Positions 30,008-39,737 of a stretch of 64,000 bases of DNA are shown here, piece after piece. Positions within the stretch are counted from its first letter, which is position 1; the number at the start of each line of letters is the position of its first letter. Position numbers and translations under genes: made by a program. The notes beneath the pieces were generated by a model. The model worked only from the letters and a program-made list of their open reading frames with translations. It ran no database searches and had not been told where the DNA came from. Source of the stretch: Acidobacteriota bacterium (GTDB lineage: Bacteria; Acidobacteriota; UBA6911); the NCBI GenBank assembly GCA_963664705.1, contig OY761556.1, forward strand, positions 1,728,001-1,792,000. The letters run 5' to 3'.

Positions 30008-30541
30008 TTAATCCTTTCCCTGGGGTTTGTACTCCCTGGATTTTCCTCGTGGAATAGTAATGGTCTGCCAGCGTTCCCCGAGACGCTCTTTGGCGATGTG
30101 CATCATCTGGCCGATATGGGATGCACAATGCAGTACGTTTCTCAGGCATGCATCGATAACATCAAGCTGCTGGCCACGGATAGTTATGATATGCGTGAGA
30201 TCTGCGCCGGTTAACGTATCGATTACTGAGAATGTGCGATCCCATGCCTCTTCCCAGAGGGACAGGATTTCTTTTCTGGTTCTTGGCTTTGATTCAAATT
30301 CCGCATCGCGTTCCCGCCAGGGCTTATCGCCATCAGCGGTAAAAAAGTCAGTCCATCGCGACATCAGGTTCCCATGAAGATGCTGAACGATTATCGCAAT
30401 GCTGTTCGCCTCCGGGTTGATTTGCCAGTGCAGATCGCCCTCGTCTATCTGAGCCAGCGTTCGATCGCCAGTCTTTTTGAGTTCCCTGAATCGGTGGCGT
30501 AGTGATTGAAGAAATAGTTCATCGATGCTCATGTCATTCAT
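30008..30541 (-). CDS. DinB-superfamily (DUF1572-like) protein
   Basis: NSIAIIVQHLHGN..SRWTDF..DGDKPWRERDAEF, H..SHIGQ; AGGAG precedes ATG 30541. Confidence 0.82.
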   Translation of the reverse strand: MNDMSIDELFLQSLRHRFRELKKTGDRTLAQIDEGDLHWQINPEANSIAIIVQHLHGNLMSRWTDFFTADGDKPWRERDAEFESKPRTRKEILSLWEEAWDRTFSVIDTLTGADLTHIITIRGQQLDVIDACLRNVLHCASHIGQMMHIAKERLGERWQTITIPRGKSREYKPQGKD

Positions 30542-30585
30542 TGTTTGGCTCCTGCTGCTGAAACAAAAGGATATGTCCTGCTTCC

Positions 30586-31158
30586 TCACGGCTGTGGCGG
30601 CGGAATTGGCGCCGGTATTGGATTATCTACGGGCGGGAGGGATTTCAGGTAAGCGAAAATGGCCTTGAGATCCGAGTCCGTCATATTTCCAATCTCCTGC
30701 CAGGGCATTGGGGGAAGCATGTCGCGGGAGGTGCCCATGAATTTCCCCGATCGCAGCGTTTGGATAAACAGGCTTTCACCCCAATTCCCGGTGCCTGATG
30801 CCGGATGTGGAGTCAAATTGTAGGGAAAGCTGACACCCCAGGGACCTGCCCACGCGGTAAAATCGGAAGAGACAATGGCGCCCCATTGGCCCGGACTGAT
30901 AACCCCGCCCGGCACATCCGGAAGCTTTGCATCCGATGGAGATCCAGAAAGCAAGCGCTTGGAATCCAGAACAAAGCCTTTGGGTCCAAGCGTCTTTGGA
31001 GTGTGACATTCGTTGCAGTGTCCGGCCATCACGAGATAATTGCCTCGTTCCACTGGAGTGGCTTCCGTTTTTGTGGTGGAACAGCCTTCAATAACCAGAG
31101 TGGCGCTGAACAGGGAAATCAGAGAAGCGATGAGTGGCAATGATTTTTGTCGTTTCAT
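30586..31158 (-). CDS. c-type cytochrome (single CXXCH), probable lipoprotein
   Basis: RGNYLV..GHCNECHTP, GPWGVS..NLTP..GTG.W, PPMPW Met ligand; signal peptide ending IEGC. Confidence 0.82.
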   Translation of the reverse strand: MKRQKSLPLIASLISLFSATLVIEGCSTTKTEATPVERGNYLVMAGHCNECHTPKTLGPKGFVLDSKRLLSGSPSDAKLPDVPGGVISPGQWGAIVSSDFTAWAGPWGVSFPYNLTPHPASGTGNWGESLFIQTLRSGKFMGTSRDMLPPMPWQEIGNMTDSDLKAIFAYLKSLPPVDNPIPAPIPPPQP

Positions 31159-31318
31159 GGAGCGCTCCTTTTTCTGCGTGGTGACCCGGAAGGAGGAGGA
31201 TGTACGGACTTCGATTCCTTGCCGGAGAGAAAGGGTAGCGGGGGGAGGGGAATATCCCCGTTGTCACGATTATATAACCCGCATTGGCAATTAGGGAGGG
31301 GGATACGGAAAGTTTAAG

Positions 31319-33052
31319 CTAAATATTCACCGGCAATACCCGCCGATCCTTAAGACGGACGTATCCATCATGGTTAATCCGGAAATGCGGAATTGCCGCG
31401 GTTCCAAGCGTATCCACGGTAAGGATCGGCGTTTCCCAGGGGACGCCTCTTGCAAGCAGCGCGTTATCAAGGCTCCTGGTTTGTTCCTGAATCTTCCGCA
31501 TGGAATCGAGGGATGCGATCCCGCATATCGGGGCAGGGAATTCGGCAATAATATGTGGCCCCACTGCCAGGACCCCACCTCCCCCGATGGCGCGCAGGCG
31601 TTCCACCACCGTTTCTATGGATCGGATATCACATCCCACAACAATCAGATCGCGTGTATCCCAACACATGGTTGTTCCATAGGCGCCTTCTTTCAATCCA
31701 AATCCCTTGAGAAATCCAATGAATCCTTTTTTCCCCTCGGTCCTATCCAGGGCGCAAACCAGGTTCAGGGCGATTTTCTCTTCAGGGTTGTCCAGGTCGG
31801 CGATTCCTTCTTTGGTTACAAGCCTGGTTGTGAGTTCGATAACCCTGACTTTTCCCGAATGAGGATATTCGGGAAGACGCATCCCGGAAACGTTGACCGA
31901 TTGAAGCATGCAATCCGGATAGGTAACGCGTTCGGGCTGTTTAAGGGTACGCCCATCTTCGTAGAGAATTTTTCCATCGCACATTACAAGTCGGGGCGAA
32001 AATTCTTCGGGGGTAGGGCTGATGACGAGGTCTGCCAGCTTTCCCGGTGAAAGCGACCCAAGCAGCGCATCAAGCCCAAAATGCTCCGCAGGATTCAGGG
32101 TAACCATCTGGTAGGCAACTCTGGGGGGAGCGCCCAGTTTCAGAGCTTTTCTCAAAGAGCCATCCAGATATCCTGATTCGAGAAAGCCTGCCGCGTCCAC
32201 GCCATCGGTGGCGAGAGCCAGTCTTCTGAAATCGATATCTTTTTGAAAAATCCCCTTCACCGCTTCCAGCTCTTTGCGGATATATCCTTCGCGAAGCAAT
32301 ACCCAATAGCCAAGGCGAAGGCGTTCCAGCACTTCCGCCTCGGTAACCGGTTCATGGCAGGATGAAATACCGAGACAGGTGTAAGCCTGCAATTTTCTAG
32401 CGGATGAGCCGGCAGTATGACCCTCGACAACTTTGCCTTTTTCCAGCGCTAACCCGACCAGTTCCATAAGGCGAGACTGCTGGGGGCTTTTCAAAAGCAG
32501 ATTGCTCCAATAAACCTCGCCAATCCCGAGACACAAAGGATCGTCAAGTCGTGGCGCAATGTCTGACCCTGTAATAGCAAGGGTTTCTTCGGAAGCAGTG
32601 AGTCCGCACATGGGAGGGAAGGTGCAAAGCATCCGGATAGGCTGATTTCTGAAGGCATCCAGGATACAATCAAACCCGGCTTTCCCGACGATTTCGCAAA
32701 ATTCCACCGCTTCGGTGATGACCGTGGTGACCCCGCAGGGAATCACGTTTCTGACGAATTCTTCAATCCCATACCGGCTGCTCAAAACATGCGTGTGAGC
32801 TTCGACGAGTCCGGGAAGAATAACCATGCCGCAGGCATCGATGCGCTGAGTGTTTTCCGTGGTTGCGGGATCGCTGTCCGGTCCGGCATAGGCGATCATC
32901 CCATCTTTGATCCAGAGCGACTGGCCGGGAATGAACTCGCCCGTAAAGGCGTTGAAGATGGTGCCATTGGTGATGACGGTATCGGCAGGAGTTTCACCGA
33001 GGGCGACATCACTGATCTTTCGGCGTCTTTCCAGGCTTGCGTACGGTTTCAT
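31319..33052 (-). CDS. ade: Adenine deaminase family amidohydrolase (divergent)
   Basis: PGLVEAHTH, GVTT, EGH, CHE, LREG, TLNPAEHF, PGKLAD; length and C-terminal domain typical of Ade. Confidence 0.7.
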   Translation of the reverse strand: MKPYASLERRRKISDVALGETPADTVITNGTIFNAFTGEFIPGQSLWIKDGMIAYAGPDSDPATTENTQRIDACGMVILPGLVEAHTHVLSSRYGIEEFVRNVIPCGVTTVITEAVEFCEIVGKAGFDCILDAFRNQPIRMLCTFPPMCGLTASEETLAITGSDIAPRLDDPLCLGIGEVYWSNLLLKSPQQSRLMELVGLALEKGKVVEGHTAGSSARKLQAYTCLGISSCHEPVTEAEVLERLRLGYWVLLREGYIRKELEAVKGIFQKDIDFRRLALATDGVDAAGFLESGYLDGSLRKALKLGAPPRVAYQMVTLNPAEHFGLDALLGSLSPGKLADLVISPTPEEFSPRLVMCDGKILYEDGRTLKQPERVTYPDCMLQSVNVSGMRLPEYPHSGKVRVIELTTRLVTKEGIADLDNPEEKIALNLVCALDRTEGKKGFIGFLKGFGLKEGAYGTTMCWDTRDLIVVGCDIRSIETVVERLRAIGGGGVLAVGPHIIAEFPAPICGIASLDSMRKIQEQTRSLDNALLARGVPWETPILTVDTLGTAAIPHFRINHDGYVRLKDRRVLPVNI

Positions 33053-33105
33053 GGGTTTGATATTCCTGAAGACACATCACGCGGACTCGCCGATGATGAA
33101 GAACG

Positions 33106-33609
33106 TCAGAGCAATAATTCCATATAGATCACATCCAGCCATCGACCGAATTTGAGTCCGATCTGCTGCAGATGCCCGACTCGCTGGAACTTGAATTTGT
33201 CGTGCAGCCGCACGCTATGGGTTTGATCGGCGTCAATCACAGCAATGATGGCATGGTGCCCAATGGCTTTTCCTCGTTTGATGAGATCCTGCAGCAGGAG
33301 TGAGCCAATGCCGCGTCCATGCCAGTCTGGATGAACGTATACCGAATTTTCCACCGTATTGCGATAGGCCGAGCGCCGGTGATAGGGGGAAAGGGATCCC
33401 CATCCCACGACCTTTCTGGCGTGTTCCGCAACAATGATCGGGTGCCTCGATCCATGTTCGGAGAACCATTGATAGCGGCCGCTCAGTGGTTCAGGCTGCT
33501 CCTGGTAGGTACAGGTGGACCGCAGGACATAGTGATTATAGATATCGTTAATGGCACTCATATCCAGTTCGGTAGCCGGCCGCAGCATCACCTCTTCGCC
33601 TGAGTCCAT
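33106..33609 (-). CDS. GNAT N-acetyltransferase (phosphinothricin/YncA-like)
   Basis: IYNHYV, RSAYRNTVENSVYV, GRGIG, GLKFGRWLDV. Confidence 0.88.
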   Translation of the reverse strand: MDSGEEVMLRPATELDMSAINDIYNHYVLRSTCTYQEQPEPLSGRYQWFSEHGSRHPIIVAEHARKVVGWGSLSPYHRRSAYRNTVENSVYVHPDWHGRGIGSLLLQDLIKRGKAIGHHAIIAVIDADQTHSVRLHDKFKFQRVGHLQQIGLKFGRWLDVIYMELLL

Positions 33610-33773
33610 CCTGGAGTTTTCCCTATTGCGTAGCATAACCGGAGGAGTATGTGCTTTGTATCCATGCAGGTCAAGTCCAACTCCCGTTTTTATCGGATCC
33701 CGGCATGGTACGCTGAAACGCGATTGACGATAGCGATGGTGGCAGGGAGAATAGAATTTTCCGGAGAGCAGGC

Positions 33774-34745
33774 ATGGGATTGTCTCCAAGCACGGGACCG
33801 GCAATAGACTGCCGGGATTTGCGCAAACAGTACAAAGGACGAGGCGGGGTGGTTTCAGCCGTCAACGGACTCGATCTCACGATCGATCAAGGGGAATGCT
33901 TCGGCCTTCTCGGGCCAAATGGAGCCGGCAAAACAACAACCATAGAAATATTTGAGGGACTTCTTCCTCCAACCTCCGGCGACGTACGAGTGCTGGGAAT
34001 GCGCTGGGGAGAACATGACAATGAATTACGGCAGCAAATCGGCATCTCCTTGCAGGAGACACGGTTTACAGAGCGTCTGACAGTTCTGGAGACGCTCGTG
34101 CTTTTTCGAAGTTTCTACCGCGAGGGGAACGATCCCGCAGTTGTCATGGAAGATGTCGGGTTAAGTGAAAAATCCAAATCATGGGTCGGGAAGCTTTCCG
34201 GAGGGCAGCGTCAGAGATTGGCTGTTGCCTGCGCCTTGGTTGGGGATCCGCAGCTTCTTTTTCTGGACGAACCGACAACCGGGTTGGATCCGCAGTCGAG
34301 GCGGCATTTGTGGGACATTATCAGGAGACTTCGTGAAGGAGGGCGCACTGTCCTTCTTACAACCCACTATATGGATGAGGCCGAACGCCTGTGCAATCGC
34401 GTGGCAGTTATTGATCACGGAAGAATTATTGCCCTCGGTTCCCCGGATGAGCTGATTGCGGGATTGGGTGGAGAGCATATCGTGGAAATCGCATTTGAAA
34501 ATAGTAAAGGCGTCCACGGTGTCGATCTTTCAGGGTTGCCTGCGGTTAAAGAGGTGAGACAAAACGGGGATGGAATTGCGCTGACTGTGTCGGAACCGCA
34601 CATTGCCATCCCTGCCGTATTGCGGTATTTACAGGCAGAAAGGATCGAGCTTGCGCGGTTGTCGACGCGCAACGCAAGCCTTGAAGATGTATTTGTGAAT
34701 CTAACGGGAAGGCATTTGCGCGATGACGAAGTATCATCCGTTTAG
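33774..34745 (+). CDS. ABC-2 type exporter ATP-binding subunit
   Basis: GPNGAGKTT, LSGGQ, LDEPT, TTH. Confidence 0.93.
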   Translation: MGLSPSTGPAIDCRDLRKQYKGRGGVVSAVNGLDLTIDQGECFGLLGPNGAGKTTTIEIFEGLLPPTSGDVRVLGMRWGEHDNELRQQIGISLQETRFTERLTVLETLVLFRSFYREGNDPAVVMEDVGLSEKSKSWVGKLSGGQRQRLAVACALVGDPQLLFLDEPTTGLDPQSRRHLWDIIRRLREGGRTVLLTTHYMDEAERLCNRVAVIDHGRIIALGSPDELIAGLGGEHIVEIAFENSKGVHGVDLSGLPAVKEVRQNGDGIALTVSEPHIAIPAVLRYLQAERIELARLSTRNASLEDVFVNLTGRHLRDDEVSSV

Positions 34746-35757
34746 AGAATTGCTGAAGACCAGGATGCGAGAGTTCATTCGGGAACCGGAGACCGTTTTC
34801 TGGGTATATGCATTTCCCGTTCTTTTGGCGGTTGGCCTCGGGATCGCGTTCAGAAACAGACCGGTAGAGCGCGTATTCGTGGATGTCGAGCAGTGTGCTT
34901 TGGCGATGGAAACGGCAAACAACCTGAAAAAATATCCGGACTTTGTTGTTTCCGTTCGTCCCCGACAGGAATGCATGGACCGGTTGCGTCTCGGCCGAAG
35001 CGCCCTGGTGGTTGTGCCGGGGGTTACCTATGAATTCGATTTTGATCCGACTCGTCCTGAAAGCGTGCTGGCACGACAGCGGGCAGATGATGCGCTCCAG
35101 CGCGCCGCTGGACGCCGGGATCCGATATTGACCGAAGACCGGCACATTACGGAACCGGGAACGCGGTATATCGACTTTCTCATCCCTGGTTTGATCGGCA
35201 TGAACCTGCTGGCCGGAAGCATGTGGGGTGTCGGATATGTCATTGTGGATATGCGAGTGCGGAAGCTATTGAAAAGATTGATAGCAACTCCAATGAAGCG
35301 ATCCCACTTCCTTTGGTCGGCACTGGGAGGACGAATCGCATTTATGGTTCCCGAACTTGTCGTGATCATGGGTTCCGGAGTTGTTCTTTTTGGCTTCCCC
35401 GTTCGCGGGAACATATTGTCCATTTTGCTGGTTTCGCTTGTTGGAGCCATCTCATTTTCGGGACTGGGAATGCTGGCGGCATGCCGTGCTCAAAAACTCG
35501 AGACCGTTTCGGGGATTATGAACGTAATCATGATGCCGATGTGGTTGCTGTCAGGTGTTTTTTTCTCTCCCGAGCGTTTCCCGGAGATTTTCCAGCCCTT
35601 TATTCAAGTCCTGCCACTGACGCAGTTCAACTATGTTCTGCGTGCAATTATCCTCGAGGGCGCAACGCTGAGCTCTCAGATTTTTAAGCTGGCTCTTATT
35701 GCCGCGTGGGGAGCTATTTCCTACCTATTGACGCTTCGCTGGTTTCGCTGGAATTAG
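34723..35757 (+). CDS. ABC-2 type exporter permease
   Basis: REPETVFW, RYIDFLIPG, LKRLIATPM, SGVFFS; overlaps the ATPase gene. Confidence 0.9.
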   Translation: MTKYHPFRELLKTRMREFIREPETVFWVYAFPVLLAVGLGIAFRNRPVERVFVDVEQCALAMETANNLKKYPDFVVSVRPRQECMDRLRLGRSALVVVPGVTYEFDFDPTRPESVLARQRADDALQRAAGRRDPILTEDRHITEPGTRYIDFLIPGLIGMNLLAGSMWGVGYVIVDMRVRKLLKRLIATPMKRSHFLWSALGGRIAFMVPELVVIMGSGVVLFGFPVRGNILSILLVSLVGAISFSGLGMLAACRAQKLETVSGIMNVIMMPMWLLSGVFFSPERFPEIFQPFIQVLPLTQFNYVLRAIILEGATLSSQIFKLALIAAWGAISYLLTLRWFRWN

Positions 35758-35962
35758 CCCCGATTCCTGCTATCCGGCTTATCAGGCGTGTTCGAGCCCT
35801 GTCCGGGGAGAATCCGGACCGAAAAAGTCATCCATCCGCAGATGTGAGTCAGGAATCCAGATAAATTATTTGCTGTGAATTTCTTACGGGAAATACGCCG
35901 TCAAGCCGAATAGTTTATTGGCGCTTGTTTTGTATATGCTGTGTGTTGAACCCCGATAAGGT

Positions 35963-38407
35963 GTGGATCGTATGCCGCTTAAAAAGTCACCATCTCTAAA
36001 AAACGACATTCTCCGTCATGTCGAATTTACACTGGCCTGTGACCCGCAGATGGCGGATAAATACTCCTGTTTCATGGGTCTTGCTTATTCCATTCGCGAC
36101 CGCCTGGTCGAGAGATGGATGAAAACACAGCGTTCCCTCTATGACGTCATGGCGAAACGCGTTTATTTTCTTTCCATGGAATTCCTTCCGGGCAGGTTTC
36201 TGATGAACTACCTGCTGAGCCTGAATATGGTGGAGGAAGCGCGTGTTGCCCTTCATGAACTCGGGTTTGACCTGGACGAACTGGAAGAGGAGGAATCGGA
36301 TCCGGGATTGGGGAACGGCGGACTGGGCCGCTTGGCATCGTGTTATATGGATTCCATCGCCTGCATGCAATTGCCCGGATATGGCTACGGCATTCGATAT
36401 GATTACGGAATGTTCCAGCAGATCCTTGAGGATGGATACCAGAGGGAGGAGTGTGATAACTGGGTTCGGAGCGGCAGTCCCTGGGAAATCCAGAGAAGAG
36501 AGCGGATTGTGCCTGTCCGGTTTTATGGGCGCTCGGAGCCCTATCGAGACCGTGATGGGCGCGTGCGCTTCCGCTGGGTGGATGGGGAGCAGGTTCTTGC
36601 CCTGGCCTCGGATATTCTTATCCCGGGATTTGCCGGCGATTATGTGACGAATATGAGACTTTGGATCGCCCAATCAAGCCGCGAATTCAATCTTCAGGAA
36701 TTCAGCCACGGCGAATACGTTCATGCCGTCGAAGCCAAGGTGTTGAGTGAAAACATATCCAAGGTCCTGTATCCCAGCGATGACATCGCGCCGGGCCGGG
36801 AACTTCGTTTGAAGCAGCAATATTTCTTTGTTGCAGCCACCTTGTTTGACATTATCCGTCGATACAAAAATCAGAACAGCTCCTTCGAAAACTTCGCCAA
36901 CTCCGTGGCAATACAACTCAACGACACACATCCCACCATTGCAATTCCGGAGTTGATGCGGCTGCTGATGGATGAAGAAGGTATGGAGTGGGAGCAGGCG
37001 TGGAGTATCTGCGAAAAGACATTTGCCTATACCAACCACACGGTCCTGCCGGAGGCTCTTGAAAAATGGTCCACCGAGCTTTTGGGACGTCTTCTGCCCA
37101 GGCACCTGGAAATCATATTTGAAATCAATCGGCGATTCCTGGAAGCCGTGCGGACAGCGCATCCCCAGGATGCGGATCTTGCTGCCAGGGTCTCGCTTAT
37201 TCAGGAGGGTCCCGTACAGCAGGTAAGAATGGCCAATCTGGCTGTCGTCGGGAGCCATGCGGTTAACGGAGTCGCTGAATTGCATACCGATATCTTGAAA
37301 AAGCGACTCTTTGCCGATTTTGACCGAATTTTCCCGAATAAACTGCAAAACATTACCAATGGAATCTCACCGCGCCGATGGCTGATTCAGGCGAACCCCG
37401 GCCTTACCAAACTTATTACCTCGGCGATCGGTTCCGGCTGGACCAGCGATTTGACTCAGCTGGAGAAGTTGATCCCCTACGCGGAGGACAGCGCTTTTCG
37501 CGCAGACTGGATGCGAACCAAGCAGGAAAACAAAAAACGCCTTTCACGGTACATCCTGCGCAAAACCGGAATCGGCATCAACCCGGCTACGCTGTTTGAT
37601 GTACAGATCAAACGTCTGCACGAATACAAACGCCAGCTATTGAATGTTCTGCATCTGATCACGCTGTATAATCGAATCAAATCCCGGTCGGGTGTGGATA
37701 TTACGCCGCGTACGGTTATTTTTGCCGGCAAGGCGGCCCCGGCCTATCACCAGGCCAAGCGAATCATCAAACTGATCAATTCGGTTGCTGATATTGTGAA
37801 TCGCGATCCGGAAGTGAACGGCATTTTGCGAGCGGTTTTTCTACCCAATTACTGTGTGTCCCAGGCCGAGAAGATTGTCCCTGCGGCCGACCTGTCCGAG
37901 CAGATTTCAACTGCGGGCATGGAGGCATCCGGCACGGGAAACATGAAAATGGCGCTCAATGGCGCGCTTACGATGGGAACGCTGGACGGCGCCAATATTG
38001 AAATATTGGAGGCGGTTGGAAAGCAGAATATCTTCATTTTTGGGTTGAATGCGGAAGAGGCGTCCGCACTGCGAGCCAATGGATATGATCCGCGCGGGCA
38101 TTACCAGGAGGATGCGGAGTTGAAAATGGCACTGGATATGATTGGATCGGGATTTTTCTCTCCCCAGAATCCCCGGTTGTTTGAGCCCATATTCAGCGCT
38201 TTGGTCGAGCAAGGAGACTATTTTCTGCTTCTGGCCGATTACCGCTCCTATGTCATTGCTCAGGAAGAGGCCGGACGCACTTATCTGGATACGGAGGTTT
38301 GGTCAAAGCGATCCATTATTAATACGGCGTCTATGGGAAGATTTTCCAGCGATCGTTCCGTCCAGGAATATGCCGATCGCGTCTGGAACGCAATAGCGGT
38401 GCGCTGA
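35963..38407 (+). CDS. glgP: Glycogen phosphorylase
   Basis: GLGNGGLGRLA, QLNDTHP, KRLHEYKRQ, EASGTGNMK PLP site. Confidence 0.96.
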   Translation: MDRMPLKKSPSLKNDILRHVEFTLACDPQMADKYSCFMGLAYSIRDRLVERWMKTQRSLYDVMAKRVYFLSMEFLPGRFLMNYLLSLNMVEEARVALHELGFDLDELEEEESDPGLGNGGLGRLASCYMDSIACMQLPGYGYGIRYDYGMFQQILEDGYQREECDNWVRSGSPWEIQRRERIVPVRFYGRSEPYRDRDGRVRFRWVDGEQVLALASDILIPGFAGDYVTNMRLWIAQSSREFNLQEFSHGEYVHAVEAKVLSENISKVLYPSDDIAPGRELRLKQQYFFVAATLFDIIRRYKNQNSSFENFANSVAIQLNDTHPTIAIPELMRLLMDEEGMEWEQAWSICEKTFAYTNHTVLPEALEKWSTELLGRLLPRHLEIIFEINRRFLEAVRTAHPQDADLAARVSLIQEGPVQQVRMANLAVVGSHAVNGVAELHTDILKKRLFADFDRIFPNKLQNITNGISPRRWLIQANPGLTKLITSAIGSGWTSDLTQLEKLIPYAEDSAFRADWMRTKQENKKRLSRYILRKTGIGINPATLFDVQIKRLHEYKRQLLNVLHLITLYNRIKSRSGVDITPRTVIFAGKAAPAYHQAKRIIKLINSVADIVNRDPEVNGILRAVFLPNYCVSQAEKIVPAADLSEQISTAGMEASGTGNMKMALNGALTMGTLDGANIEILEAVGKQNIFIFGLNAEEASALRANGYDPRGHYQEDAELKMALDMIGSGFFSPQNPRLFEPIFSALVEQGDYFLLLADYRSYVIAQEEAGRTYLDTEVWSKRSIINTASMGRFSSDRSVQEYADRVWNAIAVR

Positions 38408-38456
38408 AAACCGTGCGCGGATTTTATCGGATGGAGATGTACTTGGAAGGGCAAAT

Positions 38457-39737
38457 ATGACAACAAAGACAGCGGATATAGAACTTCCTTCGGTTTCAAT
38501 CGCCCGGCAGCCTGTTTTTGACCAGAACGGGCGCCTGTGGGGATACGATCTGTTCTGCATTGGATCCCAGGGGAATCAGGCCGGCGAGTCGGCAGAACCG
38601 CTGAATGCTGCCGTTTGCATGGCATCAGGTGCATCCATTCACCTCAAGCAAATTCTGCAGGGAGGAAAGAAGGCGATTGTTGATTTTGTAAATGAGAGCA
38701 TTGCTGAGCATCTGCCCTATGCGCTCCCTCCCGTGCTGACAGTTATCAAGATCGATGAACGTATCTCACAGCAGGATTCGGCCTTGGAAGTATTACAGCG
38801 GTTGAAGACGGATGGGTATCTGGTTGCTATTGGCGGGTTCACTGGCGATCCTATCCATGATTCGCTATACAGCCTGGCGGACATCATTGAGATTGCCGTG
38901 AAGGACAGGACCGAGAACCTGGTGGACCGGGATATTGCTTCAGCCGGCAAATTCCAGGCGCAGCTGCTTGCCAGCAGAGTTCTGGATCGCAAATCCTATG
39001 AAGCATGTCGTAAGTTCGGTTTTCACCTGTTCAGCGGGCCGTTCTTTAAATACCCGGACACAATGGTAGCCCGTCGATTGTCGTCCAATGAAGTCCTGCG
39101 CTTCAAACTGCTGGATCTCATTGAAAGCCGTGAACCGGACATGAATGAGCTTGCGGATGCGGTTCAGGCGGATGTCACGATCAGTTTTCGTCTGCTCACC
39201 TTTCTCAATTCGGCCGCGTTTGCTTTTTCGCAGCGTATCCGGTCCATTCGACACGCGATTTACCTTTTGGGATGGGCGAAAGTGCGCAACTGGCTGCGCG
39301 TGGTTCTCCTGACGGATATGAGCCAAAGCAAGGATGCCGGCGAATTGGTTCTGCTGGCTGCCCAAAGAGGTATGTTCCTCGAGCTGGTGGCGCGAGACCA
39401 TGATTTCTGGGGATTCGATCCTGAAAGCCTTCATCTCCTCGGGTTGTTCTCGCTCTTGGATACATTGCTTCGATTACCCATGCCAGAAGTTGTCAGCTAT
39501 TTGCCAATCGATGATAAGATGAAGAGGGCACTCTGCCATGAAACTGATAATGAGTACTTGCCTCTTTTGCGCCTGGCGCAATGTTTTGAGGAGGCACAGT
39601 GGCAGCAGGCAGAGGCGATGGTCCAGCAGTTGAATCTAGATCGCGCAAAAGTAAATATTGCATTCCAAAAATCGATTGAATGGGCTGGAGGATTGGATTC
39701 TCTGCAATCCGCCGGTTCGTCGAGAGGTGACGCATAA
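38457..39737 (+). CDS. EAL-like plus HDOD domain protein (YuxH-like), degenerate EAL
   Basis: IARQPVFD...GYDLF, F.G.FF..P; HDOD segment DVTISFRLL.FLNSA, LLGLFSLLD. Confidence 0.8.
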   Translation: MTTKTADIELPSVSIARQPVFDQNGRLWGYDLFCIGSQGNQAGESAEPLNAAVCMASGASIHLKQILQGGKKAIVDFVNESIAEHLPYALPPVLTVIKIDERISQQDSALEVLQRLKTDGYLVAIGGFTGDPIHDSLYSLADIIEIAVKDRTENLVDRDIASAGKFQAQLLASRVLDRKSYEACRKFGFHLFSGPFFKYPDTMVARRLSSNEVLRFKLLDLIESREPDMNELADAVQADVTISFRLLTFLNSAAFAFSQRIRSIRHAIYLLGWAKVRNWLRVVLLTDMSQSKDAGELVLLAAQRGMFLELVARDHDFWGFDPESLHLLGLFSLLDTLLRLPMPEVVSYLPIDDKMKRALCHETDNEYLPLLRLAQCFEEAQWQQAEAMVQQLNLDRAKVNIAFQKSIEWAGGLDSLQSAGSSRGDA

